Assembly: GCA_965216465.1 (NCBI GenBank)
Contig: CBDCFW010000006.1
Span: 448,001 to 512,000, forward strand
Length of the DNA: 64,000 bases
Direction of reading: 5' to 3'
Origin: Bacteroidia bacterium
Lineage (GTDB): Bacteria; Bacteroidota; Bacteroidia; NS11-12g; UBA9320
Below are positions 46,875 to 57,644 of the stretch, piece by piece. The translations under genes and the position numbers were made by a program. The first letter of the stretch is position 1, and every line of letters begins with the position of its first letter. The notes under the pieces were generated by a model, which saw nothing but the letters and a program-made list of their open reading frames with translations, did not search any database and was not told where the DNA came from.

Positions 46875-49872
46875 GAACCAATTAAGACATATACTCCTAC
46901 TCTTTTGCTGGTTAGCAGCAAGTCTTTCATGGGCTCAACAACCTATTCGTTTTCAAAATCTTACGGTTAATGATGGCCTTTCTATGGGCTCGGTTACCGA
47001 TTTTGAAAAAGACAAAGCAGGATACATATGGATTGCCACCGCTGAAGGCTTACACCGCTACGACGGCAAGTATTTTAAGATTTTTAAACACGTCGAAGGC
47101 AAGACCAACTCGTTGAGTGACAGCTACATAACATCACTCGCCTCAACCGAAACTGAGCTCTTTGTAGGAAACAACATTGGCAACATCGATGTCATGAATC
47201 TGAGTGATTACAGCATCACCTCAATCATGTTCAAGTCGATTGATCCGAGCTTTGATTTTCCCATTACCTCACTTCACACCTTCAAAAACCATCTGGTCAT
47301 CGGAACATTGGAAGGCGGCCTATGGTTCTATGATCTTGAAGCCCGAACTCTGCGTTTAGCTGGCTTTGAAAGCCAAGAAATTACAGATATAACTATAGAT
47401 CAAGATGTATTTTACGTCTCAAATGGAAAATCCATTTTTCAATTGGATTTAAATAACACCAAAGAAATCTATACTCACGATAGAGGTTCAATTAATGCCT
47501 TAGGTGTTTTAAATAACCAAATCATTTTTGGAACCGAAATCGGACTCTTCCAACTGAATACAATTTTTAATGAAGTAACTTCCATTAAGGTTCCCGAAAG
47601 AAAAAGATTGGTACACCATATAACATCTATTTTGGTAAAGCAAGATCAAGTTTGGGTGGGAACGAAGGGTGGACTTCTCAAGATTGACGAGCAATCTACA
47701 ACCTTGTACAAAACCAACACTCTACGACCATTTTACCTGGTGAACGATGACATTACAACTCTATTCCAAGACGAAAAAGGTATCTTATGGGTGGGCACCA
47801 TCGCAGGTGTAAGTAAATATGCACCACAACTTGGGAAATTTGGCTTGCTACAATACTTCGACTTTGAAGGCCAGAACTATAACAACAATGTTTATTACAC
47901 CTACGAAGATCGTGATCAACACATTTGGCTAGGTACATTAACCGGTGGTCTTGTTCGTCTGAATAGCAATCATGAAATCGATAAAGTCTTTCCTACAATC
48001 AAAAGTGGCAAATATGAAACACATGCCATTCGCTGCATTTTTCAAGATTCAAAAGGAACTTTTTGGATTGGAACCCGAGACGAAGGCCTCTTTCAACTCG
48101 ATCCAGAAACCGGAAATGCCAAACTCATAGCAAATCGCGACAATGGAAAACTAAAAAGCAATGTGATTCGTGCCATTTATGAAGATGAAAATGGAACTAT
48201 TTGGATTGGAACAGAAATAGGATTGTATTCCATTGACAGCGACTTCAATTTTGTGCTTTGCAAAGGTGAGGACAACAAAAGAAACAATAGAATTTATCAA
48301 ATTGAAAAACATCCTAAAACAGGAGAACTAATTGCAGCTAGTTTTAGAGGTGGACTTCAACTATACAACCCCACAGAGCATAGCTTCAGGTTCTTGAAAC
48401 ACAATGAGCTCGACTCTACCACACTGAGCAACAACAACATTATGTCGCTTGCTTGGGTTAACGACGACACACTATTGATTGGAACTTATGGTGGAGGTTT
48501 AAACATCTTAGACCTCAATACTGAGAAGTTCACACACATAACAGAAAAGAACGGCTTAGTTAATAACGCCGTATATGGAATTATCTACGAAGGAGATGGA
48601 ATTTGTTGGTTATCAACGAATAACGGTATTGTTCGTTACTCCATATACGACCATTCATTTGTGAACTTTAAGCCTGAACACTACCTACAAAGCACTGAGT
48701 ATAATGAAGGAGCCTTCCTAAAAAGTTCTAAAGGAATCTATTATATGGGAGGCGTAAATGGACTAAACTATTTCAAACCTTCTGAGATCAATTACGACAA
48801 TCAACCGCCACCTTTATACTTCACCGATATCCGCGGACAATTTACTTCAAATAAGAACGACGCACTCAATTTGAGTTTCTTAAGCTCGCGATTAGAAATA
48901 GACTTTATGGCACTGTACTACCCTAATCCACAAGGTGTTAAGTACAAGTACAAGATGACCGGATACGACAATAACTGGATAGAGAGCACCATCAGCAATA
49001 CGGCAGTATACCCAAGACTAAGTCCTGGAGATTATACTTTTTCGGTGGTAGCAGAAGACGAATTTGGAAACTGGCAGTCGTATTCCAAAGACTTAAAAAT
49101 AAATGTTGAACCTCCATTCTGGCAAAAGTGGTGGTTTATCATCACAGCAATTGCCATAGTACTCGGTTTATTGTATGCCATTTTCAAATACAGAACACGC
49201 GAAATAGAACGTCTATACAAACTGCAACTCGTTGATTCTGAACTAGCTGCATTACGTAGCCAGATGAACCCTCATTTCATTTTCAATTCGCTAAACAGTA
49301 TACAATACTTCATTCTTAAGAAAGAGCCTAAAGAAGCTTATACCTACTTAAGCAAATTCGCCAGCCTGATGAGAAAGATTCTTCAAAACAGTAGGCTTAA
49401 ATACATATCCGTAAAAGATGAAGTCGAATGGCTAAACCTTTACCTCGAAATGGAAAAAATGAGGATGGATAACAACCTTGAGTATTCAATCAGCAGTAAA
49501 AATATAGATAACGAGGAACAAACCTTTATCCCGACTATGCTGATACAACCCTTTGTAGAAAATAGCATCATTCATGGACTGCTACCCAAAGACGATGACC
49601 GGCAATTAAATGTAGTTATCACACGCGAAGATGATCATCTGCTTTGTACAATTTTCGACAACGGAATTGGACGAGATGCCTCCAGAATTATGAACGCTAA
49701 ACGGAGTAGCAAACACGCTTCAGCTGGAATGGACTTAACACGCAAACGACTTGCTATTCTGAGTGAAGGCAAAGGAAACTTCGATGTTCAGTTCAAGGAT
49801 TTAGAAGAGAATGGAGAAGCAACTGGAACCATTGCTAAAATTATCGTTCCGATAATCAACCAAACAGATTAA
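46867..49872 (+). CDS. LytS-type histidine kinase with periplasmic beta-propeller and Y_Y_Y domain
   Basis: Repeated 'D..G.IWIGT' blades, Y_Y_Y 'YKYKMTG', TM helix, 'LRSQMNPHFIFNSLN', 'QPFVENS', 'DNGIG'. Confidence 0.93.
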   Translation: MHKNQLRHILLLFCWLAASLSWAQQPIRFQNLTVNDGLSMGSVTDFEKDKAGYIWIATAEGLHRYDGKYFKIFKHVEGKTNSLSDSYITSLASTETELFVGNNIGNIDVMNLSDYSITSIMFKSIDPSFDFPITSLHTFKNHLVIGTLEGGLWFYDLEARTLRLAGFESQEITDITIDQDVFYVSNGKSIFQLDLNNTKEIYTHDRGSINALGVLNNQIIFGTEIGLFQLNTIFNEVTSIKVPERKRLVHHITSILVKQDQVWVGTKGGLLKIDEQSTTLYKTNTLRPFYLVNDDITTLFQDEKGILWVGTIAGVSKYAPQLGKFGLLQYFDFEGQNYNNNVYYTYEDRDQHIWLGTLTGGLVRLNSNHEIDKVFPTIKSGKYETHAIRCIFQDSKGTFWIGTRDEGLFQLDPETGNAKLIANRDNGKLKSNVIRAIYEDENGTIWIGTEIGLYSIDSDFNFVLCKGEDNKRNNRIYQIEKHPKTGELIAASFRGGLQLYNPTEHSFRFLKHNELDSTTLSNNNIMSLAWVNDDTLLIGTYGGGLNILDLNTEKFTHITEKNGLVNNAVYGIIYEGDGICWLSTNNGIVRYSIYDHSFVNFKPEHYLQSTEYNEGAFLKSSKGIYYMGGVNGLNYFKPSEINYDNQPPPLYFTDIRGQFTSNKNDALNLSFLSSRLEIDFMALYYPNPQGVKYKYKMTGYDNNWIESTISNTAVYPRLSPGDYTFSVVAEDEFGNWQSYSKDLKINVEPPFWQKWWFIITAIAIVLGLLYAIFKYRTREIERLYKLQLVDSELAALRSQMNPHFIFNSLNSIQYFILKKEPKEAYTYLSKFASLMRKILQNSRLKYISVKDEVEWLNLYLEMEKMRMDNNLEYSISSKNIDNEEQTFIPTMLIQPFVENSIIHGLLPKDDDRQLNVVITREDDHLLCTIFDNGIGRDASRIMNAKRSSKHASAGMDLTRKRLAILSEGKGNFDVQFKDLEENGEATGTIAKIIVPIINQTD

Positions 49873-51721
49873 ACACAACAAAACTGGCCACATAAGCCAG
49901 CCCGGTCATATAAAAAAACTGTATGATCGGCCATTTTAGGGATTTGGTTTCCTTGTATACAACTGCTAAAGTTGACATACATTGCATGGCAAAGGCATAA
50001 AAGACCATCAACGACAAAATAACGGCCAAAGAATAAACCGGTTCTCCCGTAGGACCCCGATCTCGCTGCATCTTAGCTCGAATTTGAGAAAAATCTTCTT
50101 CATTGTCGATACTATAAATCGTACTCATGGTACCCACAAACACCTCCCTTGCTGCAAAAGAAGTAATTAGTGCAATTCCTATCTTCCAATTAAAACCAAG
50201 CGGTTTAATTGTTGGTTCTATAAACTTTCCAAAATGCCCTGCATAACTCTGTTCTAATGTTGGTGCCTCCTGAAGCGAAACTGTTTTTTCGGGTTTAGGA
50301 CCATAACTCGCCAAGAACCACAACACCATGGAAATTATTAAAATCACCTTTCCTGCCTCTTTTACAAAGCTCAATGATTTCTGCCAGCAGATCATCCAAA
50401 TATTTCTCCATCTTGGAGCATGATAATTGGGTAGTTCCATAATAAAGTATGATGGGATATCGTGCTTTATTATCCATTTAAAAACCACAGCAGCGACTAA
50501 AGCAGCAACCGTTCCCAATACATACATTGCTAAAAGAACCAAAGCTTGTAAATTGATGAAGCCAAGCACCATTTTACTCGGAATGGCCATTGATATGAGC
50601 AATGTATAAACAGGTAATCTTGCCGAACAACTCATTAAAGGCGTAACCATTATGGTGATTAACCGGTCTTTCCAGTTCTCGATGTTTCTTGTGCTCATGA
50701 TCGCAGGAATTGCACATGCAGCCCCACTCAATAATGGCACTACAGACTTTCCGCTTAATCCAAGCCCTTTAAGTAGCTTGTCCATGATAAAACTTACCCT
50801 CGCCATATACCCTGTATCCTCTAGCAAACTCATAAAGAAAAAGAGTATGGCTATTTGAGGGACAAAGACCACAACCCCGGCTACTCCGGCTATCAAGCCG
50901 TTGATTATCAACTTCTTGATCCATCCGTCAGGCATTACATTATTTAAGCCCTCACTAACCAAAGAAAAGCCTTCTTCAATCCAAATCATAGGAAATTCGG
51001 CAAGCATGAACACACTTTGAAAGATTAGAAAGAGTACACCTAAAAAGAACAAGTAACCCAACATTGGATGAAGTGCATAACGATCAATCTTATTGGTCAC
51101 TAACTCACTCCTCGACTTCATTGTGGTAGTACGATGAAGCAAATGGCTAATTCGCTTGTAATGGGCCTCGGTCGAATCATCATCTCCTTCAGCAAAATTG
51201 TAATGCGTGGTAAACTGTTTTTCAACCAATTCAGTACGTAGATATGCAACGCCTTTACCTTCTCTTGCATTAATTGTATGGATGCGAATTCCTAGCTCTT
51301 GCTCTAATCGTACAACATCAATTTCAACACCTTTGTTTTGTGCTACATCAAGCATGTTAAGTACTAAAATCATTGGTATACCCCTGCTTGATAACTGGCT
51401 GAAATAGAACAAGTTTCGTTTTAGATTTGAAGCATCAGCTATATACAGAATGGTGTCAGGCTTCGTTTCTTCAAAAAACAGGCGAACCGCCTCTTCTTCG
51501 TCTAAAGACTTGGGATTTAAACTGTAAGTTCCTGGTGTATCAATAAGACGCACCTTTTTGTCTCCAACCGAAAACACCCCTTCTCGATTCTCTATTGTGG
51601 TACCTGGAACATTCGTGATTTTTTGCTTTAAACCAGTCAACCGATTAAACAGCGATGACTTACCACAATTGGGATTCCCAGCTAAAACAATTTTAAGTTC
51701 TTCGCTATTTGCCATTCTCAA
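49856..51721 (-). CDS. feoB: Ferrous iron transporter B
   Basis: G1 'GNPNCGKS', 'DTPGTYSL', 'NMLD', followed by a polytopic membrane domain. Confidence 0.96.
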   Translation of the reverse strand: MRMANSEELKIVLAGNPNCGKSSLFNRLTGLKQKITNVPGTTIENREGVFSVGDKKVRLIDTPGTYSLNPKSLDEEEAVRLFFEETKPDTILYIADASNLKRNLFYFSQLSSRGIPMILVLNMLDVAQNKGVEIDVVRLEQELGIRIHTINAREGKGVAYLRTELVEKQFTTHYNFAEGDDDSTEAHYKRISHLLHRTTTMKSRSELVTNKIDRYALHPMLGYLFFLGVLFLIFQSVFMLAEFPMIWIEEGFSLVSEGLNNVMPDGWIKKLIINGLIAGVAGVVVFVPQIAILFFFMSLLEDTGYMARVSFIMDKLLKGLGLSGKSVVPLLSGAACAIPAIMSTRNIENWKDRLITIMVTPLMSCSARLPVYTLLISMAIPSKMVLGFINLQALVLLAMYVLGTVAALVAAVVFKWIIKHDIPSYFIMELPNYHAPRWRNIWMICWQKSLSFVKEAGKVILIISMVLWFLASYGPKPEKTVSLQEAPTLEQSYAGHFGKFIEPTIKPLGFNWKIGIALITSFAAREVFVGTMSTIYSIDNEEDFSQIRAKMQRDRGPTGEPVYSLAVILSLMVFYAFAMQCMSTLAVVYKETKSLKWPIIQFFYMTGLAYVASFVVFNLFG

Positions 51722-51962
51722 AAAGTGGATCTAACGGTTTTACTACGACATTTTTGGCTTCTGACTTGCGAATACTTAAGGTATATTCTTCAACATCATA
51801 GGCAATGGGATCACCAAATGGGGCTTTATACATTGCACGAATAATTACACCCGGAATACACCCCATTTCTTGAAGTTTTTCTTTGAAAGGGCCATCCAAA
51901 ACTTGTTGAATACGAGCGACTTGTCCAATATTTAACTCTGCCAGTGTCAAAATCGAGGGCAA
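51705..51962 (-). CDS. feoA: Ferrous iron transport protein A
   Basis: 'LQEMGCIPG…APFGDPI…LSIRKSEA'. Confidence 0.93.
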   Translation of the reverse strand: MPSILTLAELNIGQVARIQQVLDGPFKEKLQEMGCIPGVIIRAMYKAPFGDPIAYDVEEYTLSIRKSEAKNVVVKPLDPLFENGK

Positions 51963-52004
51963 AGATGACTTTTTTATTTGGAATAATTCAAGATAAGAAC
52001 AAAT

Positions 52005-53981
52005 TTACCAGTCTAAGAGCTCTCTGGCTTTTTCTCTTAATCGTTGTTGACCCAAAAAGCTTTTCTCAAGCTCTGCATTAAACGGTATAGGAGTTTCGAG
52101 ACTTCCAACACGCATTACGGGTGCATCTAAAAGTTCAAAGCAATGTTCGCCTATCCACGCAGCAATTTCACCACCTATTCCTCCTTGCAACGTGTCTTCA
52201 TGAACAACAATTACCTTGCCGGTGCTTTCAACAGCCTCTCGAACAGCATCTTTATCCCATGGACTTAAACTCCTTAAATCCAACAAGGTAGCATCAAGAT
52301 TCATTTCATCAATAACTTCTTTACACCAATGTACTGACCATCCGTAACTAATGAAAGTTATGTCCTCACCGGTTCTTATTCGATTTGCTTTCCCAATTGG
52401 AATAGTGTACTCACCAGAAGGAACTTCTTCTTTTATACTTCGATACAAATTTTTGTGTTCGAAGAACATGACCGGATTAGGGTCTGCAAATGCTGAAAGC
52501 AACAAGCCTTTAGCATCTGTAGGTGTGCTTGGGTATACAATTTTCACCCCAGGAATATGGAAAAACCACGCTTCATTGCTTTGACTGTGAAATGGACCAG
52601 CTGCTGCACCTCCTCCAGTAGGCATACGAATCACAACATCACTGTTTTGTCCCCAGCGATAATGTGTTTTGGCTAGATTATTTGCAATCTGATTAAAACC
52701 ACAGCTTACAAAATCAGCAAATTGCATCTCAACCATCGATTTCTTTCCTCCAATAGATAGTCCAAGAGCTGCACCCAAAGGAGCTGCTTCAGAAATGGGT
52801 GTATTTCGCACTCTTTCCTTTCCGAACTCATCTACAAATCCATCTGTAATCTTAAAAACACCACCATATTCGGCAATATCTTGGCCCATTAAGATCAGGT
52901 TGTCATACTTTCTCATCGCCAGTTTTAGTCCGTCTTGAATGGCATCAATAAATCGCATTTCTGACGTTTCGCTTCCAGCACTTATGTCGTTGATTTCGTA
53001 CGACTTATATACATCTACCGATTCCATTTCAGGAGTTGAATCAATAGTCAATTCCTCTCCTAAAATTTTAACCCCCTCGCTAATTTCGGCGGTGATTTCA
53101 TCTCGAATATCATTCATCTCCGATTGATCTATCAATTGACCATCTAGCAGAAATTTCTCAAAATTTGAAATAGGATCTTTCTTAGCCCACTCATCCATAA
53201 GTTCTTGAGGAACATATTTCGTTCCGCTTGCCTCCTCATGTCCTCTCGTTCTAAAAGTTTTGCATTCTAGAATAAAGGGTTTGGGGCGTTTCCTCATTTG
53301 ATTAGCAATCTTTTTAACCTCTGAGTAAACTTCTAAAACATTGTTACCGTCTATAGTTTTACTTTCAACACCGTACCCAACGCCTTTGTCTGCTAGATGC
53401 TTAGCTTTAAACTGATCAGCGCTTGGAGTAGAAAGACCATATCCGTTGTTTTCTATGATAAACAGAACTGGCAAATCCCAAACAGCGGCCAAATTAACTG
53501 CTTCATGAAATTCTCCTTCGCTGGTGCCGCCATCTCCCGAAAATGCCACAGTGATTTTAGCCTCTTCATCTAGCTTATTGGCCAATGCAACTCCGTCTGC
53601 AACACTGAGCATGGCTCCGAGGTGTGAAATCATTCCTGCAATATGATATTCTTTTGTTCCGAAATGAAATGAGCGATCTCTACCATTCGTAAATCCTTCT
53701 TTATTCCCCTGCCATTGATGCAATAATTTCTTAAATGGAATGCCACGGGTTGTGAATACACCTAGATTTCGGTGTAATGGCATAATGTATTCGTCAGGCT
53801 TCAACGCCAAAGTTGATCCAACAGCAATAGCTTCTTGGCCAATACCACTAAACCACTTGCTCACTTGTCCTTGCCGAAGAAGCTTGAGCATCTTCTCTTC
53901 AATCATTCTTGGCTTAACTAAAGCCTTGTATATTTCAGCGAGCTTGTTTGCTGTGTACTGATTATACGGATCAAAATTCAT
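52005..53981 (-). CDS. Fused alpha/beta E1 of a 2-oxoacid (branched-chain) dehydrogenase
   Basis: 'GIGQEA', TPP motif 'GDGGTSEG…ENN', 'RVRNTPISE', 'EMQFADF', 'GPFHSQ'. Confidence 0.93.
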   Translation of the reverse strand: MNFDPYNQYTANKLAEIYKALVKPRMIEEKMLKLLRQGQVSKWFSGIGQEAIAVGSTLALKPDEYIMPLHRNLGVFTTRGIPFKKLLHQWQGNKEGFTNGRDRSFHFGTKEYHIAGMISHLGAMLSVADGVALANKLDEEAKITVAFSGDGGTSEGEFHEAVNLAAVWDLPVLFIIENNGYGLSTPSADQFKAKHLADKGVGYGVESKTIDGNNVLEVYSEVKKIANQMRKRPKPFILECKTFRTRGHEEASGTKYVPQELMDEWAKKDPISNFEKFLLDGQLIDQSEMNDIRDEITAEISEGVKILGEELTIDSTPEMESVDVYKSYEINDISAGSETSEMRFIDAIQDGLKLAMRKYDNLILMGQDIAEYGGVFKITDGFVDEFGKERVRNTPISEAAPLGAALGLSIGGKKSMVEMQFADFVSCGFNQIANNLAKTHYRWGQNSDVVIRMPTGGGAAAGPFHSQSNEAWFFHIPGVKIVYPSTPTDAKGLLLSAFADPNPVMFFEHKNLYRSIKEEVPSGEYTIPIGKANRIRTGEDITFISYGWSVHWCKEVIDEMNLDATLLDLRSLSPWDKDAVREAVESTGKVIVVHEDTLQGGIGGEIAAWIGEHCFELLDAPVMRVGSLETPIPFNAELEKSFLGQQRLREKARELLDW

Positions 53982-54045
53982 ATCCCTTACGAAATAAATA
54001 TAATTATTGATAGTCTTCAGCTATTCACTCACCTATTTTTGTTCC

Positions 54046-54642
54046 GTGATATTGCTGTTAGACAATTACGATTCATTTACCTACAATTTGTACGATTATT
54101 TTGTGCAATGCGGAGCTGATGTCGATGTTGTTCGAAACGATGAAATTGATGTAGATGCAATAGGTCACAAATACGATGCAATTATTATCTCTCCGGGCCC
54201 CGGGAATCCAAATGACGCAGGTAAAACGCTTGAGATTATTGATCGGTATCACCAATCGCTACCGTTTTTTGGTGTCTGCCTTGGAATGCAAGCTATTGCC
54301 CAATATTTTGGCGGCGAGGTAATCAAAGCTGAATATCCGATGCACGGCAAGGTGTCTTCCATCGATTTTGAGGCGTCACATCCATTATTTAACGATATAA
54401 GCTCCCCCCTCAATGTTTGCAGATACCATTCGTTAGTAGTTAAATCGTTGAATTCTACACCTTTAACATGCTTAGCTCAAACAAAAGACAAGGAAATCAT
54501 GGCACTTGCTCACAATGAACTTCCGATTTGGGCGGTGCAATTTCACCCTGAAGCTATTTTGACACCCCAAGGACTCAAGTTGATTGAAAATTGGTTATCT
54601 TGCTTTAATTTGCAACGAACTACACTTATCACGAAAAAATAA
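54046..54642 (+). CDS. Glutamine amidotransferase, aminodeoxychorismate/anthranilate synthase component II (PabA/TrpG)
   Basis: 'LDNYDSFTYNL', 'SPGPG', 'GVCLGMQ', 'RYHSL', 'QFHPE'. GTG start at 54046. Confidence 0.95.
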   Translation: MILLLDNYDSFTYNLYDYFVQCGADVDVVRNDEIDVDAIGHKYDAIIISPGPGNPNDAGKTLEIIDRYHQSLPFFGVCLGMQAIAQYFGGEVIKAEYPMHGKVSSIDFEASHPLFNDISSPLNVCRYHSLVVKSLNSTPLTCLAQTKDKEIMALAHNELPIWAVQFHPEAILTPQGLKLIENWLSCFNLQRTTLITKK

Positions 54643-55292
54643 TGATTGCAGCAGACTACATACAAGAGATACCGCAACTAACATCGGAAAGTGCACCCAA
54701 AGAGTGCATCGAAATCATGTACGACAATATGTGCTTCGAACTTCCTGTGTTTAGAGATGGTCAATTGATAGGAACGGTAGAACTTGACGAGTGCATTCAC
54801 ACCGAAGACTTAACAATCGAACATTTAATAGTCGATCGAATTTCTAGTGTTTATACCAACACGCATTTATTTGATGTTCTTCATATTTTTAATGAAACCA
54901 AAGCAAATACTGCAGCGGTTCTGGATGAAACGAGAACCTTTCACGGCATTCTAACTAAAACTGACGTATTAGAAGCATTTGCCCATTCTTTATCGGTTGA
55001 TCAAGATGGTGCAATTGTGGTATTAGAAATGGCTTCTCATCAATATTCAAGCAGTGAAATAACTCGAATAATTGAGGGTGAAGGTTCTCAAGTTTTAGGT
55101 CTATGGCTACACAATATTCCTGAGAGTGGTCGAATTCGTGCGAGCATTAAGCTAAATATTAAAAATGCAGAACGCATAATAGGAAGTTTACGAAGATTCA
55201 ACTACGAAGTAATTGCTTCGTTTGGAGATGAAGATCACAAAGAAAATGTAGAACGTCGTTTTCAATCATTAATGAAATATCTTGACATTTAG
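54642..55292 (+). CDS. CBS-domain protein
   Basis: Paired CBS-like segments with C-terminal 'SLMKYLDI'. Lies in the usual position upstream of nadK. Confidence 0.85.
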   Translation: MIAADYIQEIPQLTSESAPKECIEIMYDNMCFELPVFRDGQLIGTVELDECIHTEDLTIEHLIVDRISSVYTNTHLFDVLHIFNETKANTAAVLDETRTFHGILTKTDVLEAFAHSLSVDQDGAIVVLEMASHQYSSSEITRIIEGEGSQVLGLWLHNIPESGRIRASIKLNIKNAERIIGSLRRFNYEVIASFGDEDHKENVERRFQSLMKYLDI

Positions 55293-56664
55293 GCTCGGAA
55301 TAACACTTACACTTCTTATAATTCTTCAAACAGCTAACGCTCAAGTTGTAGATATCCATTCTGTTGAAATTAACGGAAATAAAGCGACAAAGCCTGCTGT
55401 AATTCTTAGAGAGTTACTTATTAAGCCAAGTCACCAATACGACAAGAACGATCTTGAGTATTTAACCGACCAAAGCAAAAACCGATTGCTAAATCTCAAT
55501 CTATTTAATGCGGTCGATGTGCACATAAAACACTCTGATTCAACGATTTTAGTTGTTGACGTGGTTGAGAAATGGTATATATGGCCGATTCCCTTTATTG
55601 AATTTAGTGATCGAAATTTTAATGTCTGGAGCGATTTAGACTTTGACCCAAACCGGACCAATTTTGGGTTATATCTCTTTACTTACAATCTCTGGGGGAT
55701 GAATCATACGCTTAAAACATCTTTTGTACAAGGCTACAATGAAACATACGGAATAGAATATAGAATTCCATTTATATTCCCAGATAAGAACTGGGGGTTG
55801 GCCCTCGATGTTCATCATAGGTCTCAGGCTGAAATGTGGCTAAGAACGGAAGACGATAAACTGCAGTTCTATCACATTGAAGACAATGAAAATAACACGG
55901 CATTAATTAACCAAACCAATGCTTACTTGTTGATATCCAACCGGTTTAGAGATTTTGACCACTTGAACTTTGGACTAAAATATCAAAACACCTCTTTGGA
56001 TACCGCAATCTTATCTGAGGATTCAGATTACCTTTTAGGCCTTCAAGATCTTTCCGTCTTTTCAGCATCTGTAGGTCTAACCCATGATAAAAGAAATAAT
56101 AAGTTCTTTCCTACTCAAGGAGTATACTTGGCCCCAGAAATCACATTACAACAATTTGCTTTTGACAAGGCAACATACAATGGCAAGCTGAGCATCCATG
56201 CTCAACATTTTGGAGAGCTAAAAAAAGATTGGTTTAGTTCTTTTTCGATACTAGCAGAATACAATACATCCGACACTTTGCCATACGAGTACACCAGACG
56301 TTTGGGATATAGTAACAGCATGAGAGGATTTGAAAAAAGAGTTATCGATGGAAACAGTACTAGGCTTGCACAAGCTTCAATTAGAAGAAGAATTGTGAAC
56401 AAGCCGAATTTGCCCCTAAAGTTTATTCCCTTTAAAAACTATAATTTTTTACCACTGAATGTATACCTTGGAGCCTTTGCAGAAGGCGGTTACATCGGAA
56501 ATCGCAATGTTAAAGTATCCAATGAGCTTCCTAACACCTTTCTTTATTCAGGAGGTATCAGCTTACAAACCTTGTTTTATAACGATCGTGTGTTAAGATT
56601 AGAATATAGTTTGAACAGTTTAAAAGAGAGTGGTTTCTTTGTACACTTTAAGAAGGCCATATGA
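55282..56664 (+). CDS. POTRA + Omp85-type beta-barrel outer membrane protein
   Basis: 'INGNKATKPAVILREL…RLLNLNLF…VVEKWYIWP', 'MRGF'. Confidence 0.85.
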   Translation: MTFRLGITLTLLIILQTANAQVVDIHSVEINGNKATKPAVILRELLIKPSHQYDKNDLEYLTDQSKNRLLNLNLFNAVDVHIKHSDSTILVVDVVEKWYIWPIPFIEFSDRNFNVWSDLDFDPNRTNFGLYLFTYNLWGMNHTLKTSFVQGYNETYGIEYRIPFIFPDKNWGLALDVHHRSQAEMWLRTEDDKLQFYHIEDNENNTALINQTNAYLLISNRFRDFDHLNFGLKYQNTSLDTAILSEDSDYLLGLQDLSVFSASVGLTHDKRNNKFFPTQGVYLAPEITLQQFAFDKATYNGKLSIHAQHFGELKKDWFSSFSILAEYNTSDTLPYEYTRRLGYSNSMRGFEKRVIDGNSTRLAQASIRRRIVNKPNLPLKFIPFKNYNFLPLNVYLGAFAEGGYIGNRNVKVSNELPNTFLYSGGISLQTLFYNDRVLRLEYSLNSLKESGFFVHFKKAI

Positions 56665-57542
56665 AGCTAGCTATTTACGGTAGACCCATCAAGACTAAAG
56701 ATTTCAAAGTATACTTTGACTCTGTAATGCGTTGCTTTGAACGCAACGATATTGCTTTCGAAGCCGTTGCAAGCTATCAGTCATTCTTAAAAGAAGAGTA
56801 CAATATTGATTGCCCGATCTGTGACCCAGCAAGTCTAAATCCAGACAACTATGCCTGCTTAATTAGCTTTGGAGGTGATGGAACTATACTAGACACTCTT
56901 GCACTTGTAAAAGATTCTGGATTACCTGTTATGGGAATCAACCTAGGTCGACTTGGTTTCTTGGCTAACATCAAGATGGATGAGTTTGAAATTGCGATTA
57001 AGGCGTTGAAATCCAACGACTTTGATATAGATTCTAGGGCAGTTCTGGAAGTTCAGTCAGATCATGAAGCTTTGCAAGATTTCCCCTATGCATTAAACGA
57101 TTTTGTTGTTCAAAAAAGAGACACCTCTGCTATGATCACCGTAAAAGCTGATCTCAATGGAGATTTCTTGAACAACTATTGGGCAGATGGATTAATAGTA
57201 GCAACTCCAACCGGATCATCAGGGTATAGCATGAGTTGTGGAGGCCCGTTAGTGTTTCCAGGTTCACAAGCATTTGTAATCACTCCAATCGCTGCTCACA
57301 ATCTGACGGTTCGTCCTGCGGTTGTGCCAGACGAAAACACTTTGAATCTACAAATATCAGGTAGAGGTAAACATGTTTTAATTTCACTTGATTCAAGATC
57401 CTTCCGAGTTCCAAACAACACTAAAATAAGTATTCAAAGAGGTCGATTTGAGTTTAAAATGATTAAACTGAAAGATACGACCTACATGGATACTATACGC
57501 AACAAACTACTGTGGGGTGCCGATAGAAGAGACAACAGCTAG
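56661..57542 (+). CDS. nadK: NAD kinase
   Basis: 'GGDGT', 'GINLGRLGFL', 'ALND', 'ADGLIVATPTGSSGY'. Confidence 0.96.
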   Translation: MKLAIYGRPIKTKDFKVYFDSVMRCFERNDIAFEAVASYQSFLKEEYNIDCPICDPASLNPDNYACLISFGGDGTILDTLALVKDSGLPVMGINLGRLGFLANIKMDEFEIAIKALKSNDFDIDSRAVLEVQSDHEALQDFPYALNDFVVQKRDTSAMITVKADLNGDFLNNYWADGLIVATPTGSSGYSMSCGGPLVFPGSQAFVITPIAAHNLTVRPAVVPDENTLNLQISGRGKHVLISLDSRSFRVPNNTKISIQRGRFEFKMIKLKDTTYMDTIRNKLLWGADRRDNS

Positions 57543-57644
57543 AATCTTTTGTAAAAATTAGCGGTATATACACCATTTTATCCACTTCTTTTTTTTCAAT
57601 CAATTATTATTAATATTTTCGATTGAACCTCAACTAATCATTAT

